A DNA stretch of 64,000 nucleotides, from positions 35,650,001 through 35,714,000 of the forward strand of contig NC_043004.1 of the NCBI RefSeq assembly GCF_006345805.1. The letters are read 5' to 3'. Both the position numbers and the translations under genes were made by a program. Of the stretch, positions 36,735 through 50,154 are shown one piece after another. How positions within the stretch are numbered: position 1 is the first letter of the stretch; every line of letters begins with the position of its first letter. The notes under the pieces are model-generated. The model was not told the DNA's origin. It saw only the letters and a list, made by a program, of their open reading frames with translations, and did no database searches. The stretch comes from Octopus sinensis (taxonomy: Eukaryota).

Positions 36735-37600
36735 AGAAACCACAGAGATCCAGACCTAGCCACAACCTATCTGTGGCTGAGAAGCTCAGGACTGGAAGCA
36801 GAGACTGAAGGTTTCATATTGGCAGCACAAGATCAAAGCTTGCTTATCAAAAACTACTAGGCTAACGTTCTTCAAAATGGTTCTGACCCTCACTGCAGAT
36901 TCTGTGACACATTTGACAAAACAATAGACCATCTCATCTCAGGGTGTCCTGTGTTGACACCAAACGAATATAAAACTCGCCACAATAGGATATGACAGAA
37001 TTTATACTGGAATATATGTAAACACTACAAAATCAGCACTCCTTACTGGTATGAACATCATCTTGAGCCAGTCATTGAAGATAAAAATGTCACTATCCTC
37101 TGAGCTTTTCCAGTCAACACTGACAGAATAATCCAGGATAATTGACCAGACATAATTATTAAAGACAGAGAGGAAAACCCTTGCAGACTAATAAATGTAA
37201 GTGTTCCCACTGATACAACTATATCTGTCAAGAAATTTGACAAATTAAGTATATATAAGGACCTGGAAATTGAAATACAAAAGATGTGCCATCTAAAAAC
37301 AAGAATTGCTCCTGATATTGTGGGTGCCCTAAATATGATAAAAAAAAAGGGGCGTGAGAAACATCTAGATAAGATCTCAGGAGAACCATGTCTCAGAGAA
37401 ATCCAAAAGATTGTGCTGACAAGTACTGCCCACATCCTCAGAAAAATCCTATCCATTTAAATGTCTGTGTTGTATTACATGAAGATATTTCACTACTGCT
37501 ATTGCCACTCCCACTCCCCAAGCTTTTAGTCATCTCTCATCCTACACTTGCCCCAGGACGCTGGGTGTGTCTCAGGAAGAGATTATAACAAACATGCAGA
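36735..37600 (+). mobile_element. Dong/R4-like LINE, downstream part (CCHC knuckle, RLE domain, 3' UTR)
   Basis: WLRSSGLEAETEGFILAAQDQSL..CRFCD..IDHLISGCPVLTPNEYKTRH..WYEHH..PDIIIKD..VSVPTD..YKDLEIEIQKM..IQKIVLTSTAHILRKILSI*, with several stops. Confidence 0.9.
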
Positions 37601-37789
37601 TTAAAAGTAAAACATAAAAACACTGAATGAACAATCTGGTGTGTTTAATTTACTGGCCTATCAATGTATACAGTGAGTTTCTTTGCTCTAGGTTTTGGGA
37701 AGACAATTGACCAGAAATTGCAACAAACCTGAAAGAAGAAAAACTCACAATAATAATTATAATAATTCTTTCAAATTTTGGTCATGTAT

Positions 37790-38105
37790 TGAGAAGGGAA
37801 CGGACTTGTAAATTACATTGATGCCCAAAGTTGTCTGGTTCTTTATTTTATCAAAATCCCAGAAGAATGAAAAGCAAATTTGATCTTGATAGGATTTGAA
37901 CTCAGAATGTAAAGAGCCAAGAGAAATGCTGATTGCAAATTTTGGCACAAGGCCTGCACTTTAAGGGCAGTGGCTAAGCCGATTACATTGACTCTAGTAC
38001 AAAAGTCAACCATAGCAGAATGTGAACTCAGAACTCAAAGACAGAGAAAATGCTTAGCAGCATTTTGCCCGGCATATTAAATTAAAGATTCTGCCTGCTC
38101 GCTGC
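37790..38105 (-). mobile_element. Two tandem degenerate SINE type B copies
   Basis: The GAACTCAGAA core occurs at ~37898 and ~38026. Confidence 0.7.
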
Positions 38106-38710
38106 CCAACAGATACACACAATATTAGACATTTAATCTTGGACTTTTAAGATCTCTGGTTTCATATGAAAGCTCATCAATACAATACAAAGACTGCAGT
38201 GAGTTGGTAGATCTTATTTTCTTGCCTTGGAAGGAATTTTTATGACCAACTCTGTCAGGGGTGTCAGGTCAAAACCCAGCAACAAACAAAAGAATAAAGC
38301 TAATAAAATTAAAATTATACTCATTTATTCTACATAAGAGTGCGCTACATATGTTGGGAACATAACTTATTTTAAGTCATTTAAAAATATATTTCAGTAG
38401 AGCCCATGCTGTAGCACAGATGTAGTGTGCTTAAAATTTTCCTGTATAATGTTCAAAGACTTGTTTATCAGTCATCAACATTGTTTAACATCCACAACAA
38501 AACTAACGTAAATACATACAATTTATACACATCTTTTTTAGAAATTTCTAAAATCTAAAATGCAGGAGGATAGCTGTGAAAACAGTTTTAGAAAATTGGG
38601 TAAAACTACCTTTGTAGACAGAAAAGGTAAGGTGGTCTTTAGACTGCTATAGAGAAATGAACTCTGAACCTCTCAGTGTTTTGTATATGAGTTCATGTCC
38701 TTTTTTTCAT

Positions 38711-38866
38711 ATTTTTAATCAGCAGAAGTTACAGAATAAGTCAAGGTTCAAAAATTTCATAGATGGCACTTACCAGACTTGCAGTGATAGATTATCAAAC
38801 CTTTGATAAGTGCCATATACGAAACTCTGTCTTTGAGTCACTTTGTGACTTCTGCTGATTAAAAAT
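38711..38866. mobile_element. Hairpin MITE with ~60-bp imperfect inverted arms
   Basis: Arms 38711-38772 and 38807-38866; the outer ATTTTTAATCAGCAGAAGT and inner ATGGCACTTA are perfect inverted matches. Confidence 0.8.
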
Positions 38867-39208
38867 AAAACATACACACACAATGAATTGGATGCTTTAG
38901 CAAAGAGTCTCCACTCTCCCTGATTCATAGATAGATCCTTTGAAACGAAATACTCAATTCAATGAATTACACTTCAAATATTCCAAAATGTTCCTGCTGC
39001 ATTTTATAGATTCAAATTCTCTTGTTTCAAAGCACAATCAATGAATTAAAAGCAATGAAGGTTCTCTGCTAAAAACATGAAATCTCTAAAAGGACTAAAA
39101 AGGAAAAAAACCAAAAACAACTTTGCTCTGCTGTTGTTTTTAAGCCATGTGGACTCCACTTTGGATGTTAGGTCTACTTGAACTTTAATTTAGAAATGAT
39201 TCTCCATA

Positions 39209-39253
<45 letters not shown>

Positions 39254-39564
39254 AGGGAGGAAGAAAGAGAGTATGTTTATGGGTGTCTATGGAGGGAGTT
39301 GAGGCTGCATATGTGTTTGTATCATCATCATTGTTATCATCATCATCATTATTTTACCATCTACTTTTCCATGTTTGTGTGGATCAGATGGAATTCTTTA
39401 AGGCTGGATTCACTTCCGGTCACCAAGCCTTACCAGTTTCGAAGAAAGGAAATGTTTTCCAGAGACTGAATGTTTTCACAGAAGACTGGAAATGAACAAC
39501 ACCACTTTTGTGCTGGTGACTTGCTTCAACTGCTATGTGATGACAAGATAAGAACACACAAACA

Positions 39565-39700
39565 CACACATATACATGTATATGTATATATATATTATAT
39601 ATATATATATATACACACATATACATATATACATACATATATATATATACACATATATATACACATATCTATACATACATATATATATATACATATACAC

Positions 39701-39753
<53 letters not shown>

Positions 39754-39804
39754 TATATGTATATATATATACATACACATATATATATGTATATATATAT
39801 ATAT

Positions 39805-39845
<41 letters not shown>

Positions 39846-39880
39846 ATATATATATACATATAATATATATACATATACAC

Positions 39881-39928
<48 letters not shown>

Positions 39929-39973
39929 TATATATATACATACACATATATATGTATATATATATACATACAC

Positions 39974-40011
<38 letters not shown>

Positions 40012-40017
40012 ATACAT

Positions 40018-40053
<36 letters not shown>

Positions 40054-40212
40054 ACATACACATATATATATATATACATACACATATATATATGTATATA
40101 TATATACATACACATATATATATACATATATATATATATACACATATATATAACATATATACATATATATATATACATATATATATACATATATACATAT
40201 ATATATATATAT
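39565..40212. repeat. Long compound TA/TACA microsatellite
   Basis: Directly visible, ~650 bp. Confidence 0.97.
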
Positions 40213-40319
40213 CCATATCATCATCATCATCATCGTTTAGCGTCCGTTTTCCATGCTAGCATGGGTTGGACGGTTCTACTGGGGTCTGTGAAGCCAGAAG
40301 GCTTCATCAGGCCCAGTCA

Positions 40320-40510
40320 AACATGAAAACACAAAGTGAAAACACAACAACGCGAGGACGTGGAACAAGTATAGTATTATCGGATGCTCAGGAAAGAAGG
40401 AGGGTTTATCGTTTCAAGTGGAGCTCTTCGTCAGAAGCATAGGAAAAGGAAAGATCCAAAGAAGGGAAGACGGAGGAAAGAAAAATCGCCAAAAGTACAC
40501 ATGCGGTCAC
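40320..40510 (-). mobile_element. Penelope-type short element with a hammerhead core
   Basis: Minus strand CTGACGA-A-GAG-ctcca-CTT-GAAAC-gat at 40408-40434. Confidence 0.6.
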
Positions 40511-40519
40511 ACACACTTA

Positions 40520-40685
40520 TATGTATACAACAGGCTTCTTTCAGTTTCCCCTCTACCAAATCAACTCACATAGCCTTTATTAATCCAAAGCTATAGAGAA
40601 GACACTCAAGGCACCATGCAGCAGGATTGAACCTGAAGCCTTGTAGTTGGGAAGCAAACTTAGTAACCCTACAACCATGCCTGCA
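40520..40685 (-). mobile_element. SINE type C 5' half
   Basis: Reverse complement of the head and GGAAACTGAAAGAAGCC body. Confidence 0.75.
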
Positions 40686-40759
40686 ACTATGTATATATGT
40701 TTATTAAACTGGGTATATTTATTCCAAGCACAAAGCTGCTCCAAATATGGATTCAAGCT

Positions 40760-41942
40760 TTAATAGCTGACAACTCAACTTCCATTTCTTTTCAGATTTA
40801 ACCCATTAGAAATAATGAAAGGAAATAATGAAACTAAGCCTTGAACAAAGGAAATTATTCCTAAAGGGTTTCTGGAAGTTTGAAAACACAAAGTGCAAAG
40901 ACGGTTCAGGAAGGAGTTTCAAACAGATTCATATACATGACTTACCATTATTTGAATTAGAGGAAATTTTGAAGTTGATGGAACTCTTCAGAATGTCCAT
41001 GAGAAGTGTTCTGAAAGACAGCAGAGATTGACAAGCACCACAAAGCAAGAAATAGCACTAACAACATCTTGCCAGAGTACAAGAAATGCTATGCAACAAG
41101 CAAGTTGTGAGAGAGGAATTCTAAAATCAAGCATCCATCTCATTTTGCTATATTAGAAAGTTACATTGCCCTCAGTGAATGGGATTTGGACTTAAGAGTG
41201 GAGTTTTGAGAGTAGCACTTGCCATGGTGCATATTTCCCAACAAAGAATATGTGAAGTGATGAAGCTACATTTAAATTAAATGACTCAATTAAGCACCAC
41301 AATTGCACCTACTGGGAACATAAGAATCTGCATATTATGAAGGAATATCATGTTAATTTACCAGGAGCTGCAGTATTGGGTGGCTTATCATCAAAAGGAT
41401 TAAATGGACCGTTCTTTATTGACGGTTTCTTCACCTTGAACATTTTGTGACAATCTGTCATGGCAAGCATTTAAGAGGTGTCTCAAGATGTGGAGTTTCA
41501 TTTGCAGCAAATGGAACTCACCAGCACTCATAATAATGTACAGGTCTATCCTGATGAAATATTGCCAAACAGATGGACAGGACAGAAATGTTCTATAGAA
41601 TACCATCAATATTCCGTAGAACATATACATCACAAGAATTTTTTGTGAGGATAAATAAAATGTAGATTTTATGGTTCAAAACTAGCAATAGTCAATGAAT
41701 TAAAGGCAGCCATTGAACAGGAATGTGTCCTTATTCTACAAGAAATGTTTCCTGATGGTTGCAATTCCACTGCTTATTGCAATAACTCAACCAGAACGAT
41801 CATCAGCTTGAAAACAAGTAGTCACAAAAAATTTAATTCTGTTTCTAGATTATATTAAATTTTGAAAATGAAATTTATTTTTATAAGCACTGCCTTTATA
41901 ATTATTCAATACGGGCATTCACTTTTTGAGATATCCTATGTA
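40760..41942 (+). mobile_element. Decayed Tc1/mariner-superfamily transposon of the DD41D (rosa/Visitor)-like type
   Basis: [71 protein letters not shown], with many frameshifts. A TIR-like end CACTTTTTGAGATATCCT lies at ~41920-41938. Confidence 0.7.
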
Positions 41943-42219
41943 TCTGAATTTTATTACATGACTTAAATTTCACATCAATGTGATCTTCAGGCAATATCAG
42001 AGATGTGAGAAATTTGCATTACAGGAAAAATCTCAGTTTCAATAAACTGTTTCCTTTATAACACATATTGAGTACTCCTCTCTCATTTGTTTGAAACAAT
42101 TCAACATATGTGTCTAGACACACACACACACACACACACACACAAATATCATCATCTTTTTAATGATCATATAATTAAATGCCCAGTACAAATACACAAA
42201 CACACACACATTTATCACA

Positions 42220-43201
42220 TGCCAGGAAGAGACAGGGGGTGACCAAGTCTGTAGGGGATGAGGTGGATGCTCAGAAAGTATTGCCACTAGAATAAGAATA
42301 GCCTGGGCAAAGTTCAGAAAGCTCCTACCTCTACTGGTGACAAAGGGCCTCTTGCTCAGAGTGAAAGGTAGATTGTATGATGCATGTGTGCAAACTGTCA
42401 TGCTGCACAGCAGTGAAACATGGGCTGTGACTGCTGAAGACATGCATAGGCTCAAAAGAAATAAAGCTAGTATGATCTGCTGGATGTATAATGTCAGTAG
42501 GCACACACATCAGTGTAAGCGCCCTGAGAGAAATGTTGTACATAAGAAGCATCAGATGTGGTGTGCAAGAGAGACGTCTGCATTGGTATGGTCATGTGTT
42601 ACGTATGGATGAAGACTTGTGTGAAGAAGTGTCACTCCCTAACAGTAGAAGGAACCCGTGGAAGAGGGAGACCTAAGTTGATGTGGGATGAGGTGTTGAA
42701 GCATGACCTTCGAACGTTGGGCTTCACAGAGGCAATGATGAAAGACAGAGACCTCTGGACATATGCTATGACTGAGAAGACCCGGCAAGTAAAGTGAGAT
42801 CACAACCATAGCCTACACCAGTGTCGCATAACCAGCCCATTAAAAAAGTACCTTTGAATCATCGGGCAGCATTCCATACTTGAGGAGGCCGATTGATTCA
42901 AGTAAATCAAATGGAAATTGCAGTTGTGGCCATTACCTGTGCTGGTGGCATGCAAAAAGTGCCATTCATTCATGCGTAGGTCACTGCCAGAGCCACCTGA
43001 CTGGTTTCTATGTTGATGGCACATAAAAAGCGCCCACTACACTCTCGGAGTGGTTGGTGTTAGGAAGGGCATCCAGTTGTAGAAACATTGCCAGATCAGA
43101 CTAGAGCCTGGTGCAGCCTTCTCACTTGCCAGTCTCTAATCAAACCATCCAACCCATGCCAGCATGGAAAACAGACGTTAAATGATAATGATGATGATGA
43201 T
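42220..43201 (+). mobile_element. 5'-truncated RTE LINE with 3' UTR and (GAT)n tail
   Basis: RIRIAWAKFRKLLPLL..LRVKGRLYDACVQTVMLHSSETWAVT..RRLHWYGHVLRMDED..VEGTRGRGRPK..W; stop at 42795-42797. Confidence 0.92.
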
Positions 43202-43374
43202 AACATTTACACACACACACACACACACATGTTTATGCATATAAATGGTGATCAAGACATGTAGGCATGTGCTTTATGGCTATAAACCCCCTCCACTTCC
43301 TCCACAACTGGGGTAGCCAAGTCCCCTTTGGTAATCCCATGGGTGTTGATGCCATGTTAAAGTGCCCAGGCTAG

Positions 43375-43585
43375 AGTCACATAAAAAAAGCACCCATGCC
43401 AGCACCAGGTAAAACACACCCAGTCCACTCTGTAAAATGGTTGGAATTAAGAAGAGCATCCAGCTGTAGAAACCAATGCCACAACAGACAATTTGGGTCC
43501 TGGTGCAGCCCACCAGCTTTCCACCTCCAGCCAAGCCATCCAACCCATGCCAGCATGGAAAACAGACGTCAAATGATGATGATGG
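43375..43585 (+). mobile_element. Second RTE-family 3' tail copy
   Basis: Parallels 43030-43200 (GCATCCAGCTGTAGAAAC..CCAACCCATGCCAGCATGGAAAACAGACG). Confidence 0.8.
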
Positions 43586-43979
43586 CAGATTGTGCACTAC
43601 AGATACCCACATCTCTCCATCAATTCACTTAGATACATCTATACATACACCTCTTCATTTACACAAATACTTCTCTTTCTCATGGTCTCTCATCTTACCT
43701 ACATCTATATATGCATTCATGATGGTAGTTTATACATAACATAATTCCATACTGACACCTCAGGTTTTATTGTAATAGATTCATATCTTTTATCTTGTCT
43801 CTGCTATGTGCACACATACAATATATATGGAACAGTCAAACATTAATGCAAGGATCATTCAATACATTTAACTAGAATATCACATTATCCTATTTTACAA
43901 GGCAGAGTTGAAAGTGACTTCGAAGTTTTGGCTCAGTTTCCTTTGACAATCTGACTTTGAAGTCACTGTCAACATTATG

Positions 43980-44017
43980 TGTGTATACATATAGATGTAT
44001 GTATATGAAGATAGGTG

Positions 44018-44048
<31 letters not shown>

Positions 44049-44608
44049 ATATACATACATACATGTATATATACATACATACATATATACATGTATATAT
44101 ACATACATATATATATACATGTATATATACATACATATATATATACATGTATATATACATACATACATACATGTATATATACATACATACATATATACAT
44201 GTATATATACATACATACATATATACATGTATATATACATACATATATATATACATGTATATATACATACATACATATATACATGTATATATACATACAT
44301 ATATATATGTATATATACATACATACATATATATATATATACATACATACATATATATATGTATATATACATACATATATATATGTATATATACATACAT
44401 ATATATATATATGTATATATACATACATATATATATGTATATATACATACATATATATATATATGTATATATACATACATATATATATGTATATATACAT
44501 ACATATATATATGTATATATACATACATATATATACATTTATGTATATATACATACATATATATTTTTGTATATATACATACATATATATATATGTATAT
44601 ATACATAC

Positions 44609-44639
<31 letters not shown>

Positions 44640-44660
44640 CATATATATATATATGTATAT

Positions 44661-44704
<44 letters not shown>

Positions 44705-44835
44705 ATACATACATACATATATATATAATATATATATATATACATGTATATATACATACATGTATATATACATACATGTATATATACATATATACATGTA
44801 TATATACACACATACATATATATATATATATATAA
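43980..44835. repeat. ~850-bp higher-order TA/TACA/CATG microsatellite array
   Basis: Repeating 14-24 nt units such as ATGTATATATACATACAT(AT)n. Confidence 0.97.
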
Positions 44836-44849
44836 TAAAACTTATATAT

Positions 44850-45255
44850 AAAGGACGTGAAATTCACGAATTGACAAACACGGAAAAACGGACAGTAATT
44901 CAGAGCCTTCATTCTTCAGTCAGAAACCGATTCATCATGGCAAATTTCGGCTGTTTAATTCTGAGATTTGCTCCGAAAAGGCCAGCCCCAAGGCAAAAGC
45001 TAAGCTATGGGCATTAGATTTGCTTGGTAGAAGGAAAGAATGTGACAGTTGAGACGAACGGGAAAACAAGAGACAAAGATAAAATTTACAGTAACGAATA
45101 AAAACAGGAATGATACGGGGGCGTCATACGACTTTGAGACAAAATGAGACAAAACAATTGATCAGCAGCGTGGGAAGTGGTTACCTTTTCGGTAGAGAAG
45201 ACATGTTGTACGAACGGCTGCAGGCCGTGGAATGGCTTAGCAGTAGTAGGTTTGC
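44850..45255. mobile_element. GC-richer, CpG-containing repeat at the edge of a (TA)n array, probably a Penelope-like terminal region
   Basis: Composition and CpG content break sharply from the flanks; it is bounded by TA-rich microsatellite and lacks an intact hammerhead core. Confidence 0.4.
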
Positions 45256-45307
45256 ACACACATGTATATGTATATATATATAAACATGTATATGTTTATA
45301 TATATAT

Positions 45308-45712
45308 AGGCACAGGAGTGGCTGTGTGGCAAGTAGCTTGCTAACCAACCACATGGTTCCAGGTTCAATCTCACTGCGTGGCATCTTGGGCAAGTGTCTT
45401 CTATTATAGCCCCAGGCCGACCAATGCCTAGTGAGTGGATTTGGTAGACAGAAACTGAAAGAAGCCTGTCGTATATATGTATATATATATATGTGTGTGT
45501 GTGTGTGTTTGTGTGTCTGTGTTTGTCCCCCTAGCATTGCTTGACAACCGATACTGGTGTGTTTATGTCCCCGTCACTTAGCGGTTCGGCAAAAAAGACC
45601 GACAGAATAAGTACTGGGCTTACAAAGAATAAGTCCCAGGGTCGATTTGCTCGACTAAAGACAGTGCTCCAGCATGGCCGCAGTCAAATGACTGAAACGA
45701 GTAAAAGAGTAT
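45308..45712 (+). mobile_element. SINE type C, full length
   Basis: Near-identical to 13022-13440. Confidence 0.92.
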
Positions 45713-46409
45713 ATGTATATATATTTATATATATATATGTAATATATATACACATACACACACATATGTATATATACATATACATACATATGTATATATG
45801 TATGTATATATATGCATGTGTGCATGGGTGTGTGCGTTTATCATGTGTGTATCAATACATATATGTGCATGTTTGCTTGAGTGTTCATTTTGCTTTTGTA
45901 AATCACTATACATAAATACACATTCATAATGATTCAGGAAACAAGCACATCACACACACACACACACACACATGTGTACACAAACACGCACACATGTGTA
46001 CACAAACACACACACACACACACACACATATCTACATTGGGTAATATGCAAGTTTTTGTTGACGCTGGGGCACTGTTGAAGGAGCTGTTATGAAAATATA
46101 AAATGATCACAAAAGGGACACCTAAAATTGAAAAGCTAAACTCGGGTTATATCAAATAAATAGCATTTAGAATCAATATTAACTGAGAATCGAAGTGGAT
46201 ATATTAAAGCTGTATCAAAGGCCTTGGGCATTTCAATATACCTTTTGATTGGTAGAATTTCTTTCAGAATGGCTTGTTTTGGGTTTTTTTTTAATATTTT
46301 AATTATTATTATTATTATTATTATTATACTTGTTTACTTCAGTTTTTTATTTTATTGTATTAATATTTTCCATATTATATTGGTTAATTTCAACCTTACA
46401 AAATTTGAT

Positions 46410-46415
46410 CAAGTG

Positions 46416-46455
<40 letters not shown>

Positions 46456-46760
46456 ATACATATGCACATATATGCACACTCACACATACATATGCATATA
46501 TATGCATACACACATACATACGTGAGTATGCATACGCATGTGTGTGTGATTTTGTACGTGAATGTAAAACATATATGCCTATAAACATATACACATACAT
46601 ATATACATATACACACACATACGTGCATACACATCTATAAATATATATACACGTAAATATTATATGCAATATATTTGTACATCCATAGTATTCTCTACAC
46701 AGACTCATGACTCACTAGATTTGCTCAGACACATTTTAACATGCCTATCTTACCACATTC

Positions 46761-46818
<58 letters not shown>

Positions 46819-46901
46819 ACACACACACACACATACATATGTACACATATATATATAAATACATATTTATATTAAGTGTATAGCTGTGCATATGCATGTT
46901 T

Positions 46902-46946
<45 letters not shown>

Positions 46947-47015
46947 GTATATGTATATAAATGTGTATTTATATATTTCTGAGCATCATGTGTGTGTGTG
47001 TGTGTGTGTGTACTA
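46410..47015. repeat. Interrupted CA/TA/TG microsatellite cluster
   Basis: Directly visible. Confidence 0.9.
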
Positions 47016-48064
47016 TAAATACATTGTATATATATTTTGTTATTTCTTTGTTGCTATAGTTTTTATTATTCAGTTTATTATATTTCATGGAAAATTTGTC
47101 TTTTTCTATTCAGAGCAGATTTCCTTGTATATTAAATCCATTAAAGGTTTATGGATATTTTAAGATGCCTGCTGATATGACAAGCAATTAATGACAAGGA
47201 TAGGGTTAAGTTGAATTTCAAGTCTTACATAGAATGTGTTGGGAATGGTTCCGACTTCTCTCTTGCAGCGATGTTTATCTCATTTCATCAGATATTTGCT
47301 GGAAATATTTACGATATCTTTTTTTTTTTTAACTCTTTACTCATCAGGAATCTGTTGAACAATTTCCTTCTTGTTTTCCATCATTATTATTTTGTTTGTC
47401 GTTAGATAATTTCATCGTTGTACTTACTACCAATGCAATCAGAAGGAGTTCAAGTGCTTAGATTAATTGGTGAAATAACCTTTGTTATAATTTCCAGATA
47501 ATTACTGTTGAAAGCTTACCTGGTGAATGGTTCAGTTATCTCTAGTTTTATTACAAGCATAAACATTCTCTACATACTACAATTGCTCCACACAAATTCA
47601 TTGTGAATAACAATATTGATTTTCCTAACTAGATTAAAATACCTGCTATTGCAAGCAAGTGGTGAAGTCAAATAAAATGATCCATAGTGTATTACAGGTA
47701 ATTATTTCATTCATTCCTAAATAAAGCAAGGTAAAAACCTTTTCTAAGATTCGAACTGAGAACATAGAAACAAAACTCAATAGCATGGTGCCATTTAGAG
47801 CTGGCCTCTACTATTTATACTATTTTATTGCTCACACAGTGTCATTATCATCATAATTGCTTTCATGCTCACTTTCCCATGTTTTCATGTTGAACAGAGT
47901 TTATAGAAGCTGGTTTTCTATTTGCTGGGTGCTCTTCATGTCACCAACCCTTATCTGTTTGCAAGCAATGTAATATATCCTCTCAGCTAGACATTTTTCA
48001 CAAAATGCTGGAACTGAATGACATTCATTTACAACAATCATGTGATTTCAAGCCAAGGGGGGGG

Positions 48065-48430
48065 GGAACACTCACACAAACACACACATCAAACTTCTTT
48101 CAGTCTGTCTACCAAATCCTCCCACAAGGCTTTTGTTGGCCCAGGGTTATAGTAGAAGACACTGTGGGATTGAACCTGGAGCCATGTGGTTGGGAGCCAA
48201 ACTTCTTAACCACACAGCCATGCCTGTGTGTGGTGATATTAGTTTATTGGAAGGCATGGAATTGACAGCATTCTGGTATTTCTCCCAATTCTTTACATTC
48301 TGAGCTCAAGTCCTGCCAAGATTAACTTTGCCTTTCATTCCTCTGGGGTTGATGAAATAAAGCTCCACTCAAATATTGGGGTTGATGGCAGCAACTAATT
48401 TCTCCCCTCAAATTTCAGGCCTTGTGCAAA
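48065..48430. mobile_element. SINE type C half (minus) followed by SINE type B (plus), both degenerate
   Basis: rc(GGCTGTGTGGTTAAGAAG) at ~48200; TTCTGAGCTCAAGTCCTGCC..TTTGCCTTTCATTCC at ~48300. Confidence 0.7.
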
Positions 48431-49374
48431 TAATAGAAACAAAACAAATCAAAAATTTACAGCATTATGTATCTTTTTATAAAATAATTCAATGGTGCAA
48501 TAACATGATTTGTACCTGTATGGTAGTGGAGTAAAAATGTGGAACTTTGACCGAAAATGTTTTAATTTTGTAACCCTCAGTTTGCTTGGCTGACAATAGT
48601 TCCATTTAAAATTACCATTTGACACTCCGTACTGTAACAACACACCACCTGTATACCTCTACCTGCCCTTTCCACCTGCTAGAAATAATAGCCAAATCTC
48701 CCACTCATTACTCCTTACTGTCTTCTAAAAGGAGGTTCCTAGGTTCCCTGTAAATGAGTCAAGACTAGAATGGTTTTGATTCCATGTATAGACATTAAGG
48801 AACAGCCTGAGGCTGAACAACATTTCTCAGAAATCTTTAAAATGTAGATTCGTTAACTGAAGGACATCTTAACCAGAATAAAGATAGAGTAGCCATGGCT
48901 TAAAATTGTCGGATCGACTGCTTAATTTAGTCATCTTGTCAGCAGTAAGAATTTGCTGGGGTGAATCTGATGGGGCATAACACTCTAATCAATAGCAAGT
49001 AATGCTGGTGAACCAGTGACGAGATACAAGTCATTCTAACAAATTTGTTTACCATCGAAATAATTTGATGATTAACTTTTCAGAAGGAAAGGGAAATATG
49101 AAAATTTAATAATGCAATATCAACAGCAAGCAGGAGAGGAAGCAACTATATGTGTGAAGGGGGTGGAGGAGGGTGCCGGCCTGGGTCCTAGCAACTATTT
49201 CTTCCAAATTATGTTACTTCTTCAGAATGTCCTGAGGAAAAATATAATGAACAGCTTAGAAGTATCACATACAATTTGTTTGTCCAGAATAGGTAAACTG
49301 ATTGGAAGGGGATCAGAATGTCAATATTTTTGTAGCTGATAGGCAAATGCACTTTCCCTGCATATATGAGAAAC

Positions 49375-49485
49375 ATATTACAAATTCAATATTTTCCCAA
49401 TATTTATCAAATCTAATCTTGAATAGAATGGTTGTCTTTGACTTGACAACATCATTTAGTAATTGATTGCTGTTTGTATGGATCC
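49375..49485 (-). mobile_element. CR1 LINE C-terminal scrap
   Basis: NQLLNDVVKSKTTILFKIRFDKYWEN resembles the CR1 WN.LP..VV.A.T...FK.RLD..W motif. Confidence 0.55.
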
Positions 49486-50154
49486 AGCCGGAGAAGAGTT
49501 CTAGCCTCGTTAGCTGATTGTATTGCATCCCTAATAATCACTGGACTTTCATTAATGATTGATGGAATTCCAAGATATCATCTTCCTTCAAGATGACATG
49601 GCTTATTATATTCTTATGGACATATTGTCTGTCTAAAGAAGCTTTTCAGACATGCTTAAAAACATTAAATTCACAACAAGGTTTTCTTAGGAATAGAATC
49701 AAACATGGATATCATTTTTGCTTAATACCTTTCATAATATAGCTGAAGTGAATCATTGAATTATTTATTAAAGTGATTCAAATATATTCAATGCATTTTT
49801 ATCTTACAAAGACAACAGTGCGATAGAGAAGTTTCAACATTTGGTTCACAGATTCTTTTAAAGCTAAAGTAAAAATAGGAACTGCTTCAACTTAGAACTT
49901 TTAACGCAAATGTAGACTTCCCGTTTGTATTTTAAGTTAACATGTATATTGTCTTTGTTCTTAATACTTCATTATGTGTCAAGAGATTTATGCAAGTTTT
50001 GGGCTTTTAATGTTTAAATTGATAAATGTACACAGTGTTTGCACAGTTTATCTTCATAAATATGTGTACCGGCCAACCCATGCCAGCATGGAAAACACAT
50101 TAAACGACAATGATGATAATGTGTATTTGTTGAATATAGTTGCTGTAAAATGAT

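Noticed and set aside
47406-47469. Further plus-strand exon candidates (also 52226-52261, 54471-54496, 56770-56821)
   Set aside because: Weak donors and unrecognised peptides; expected by chance in 64 kb of AT-rich DNA.
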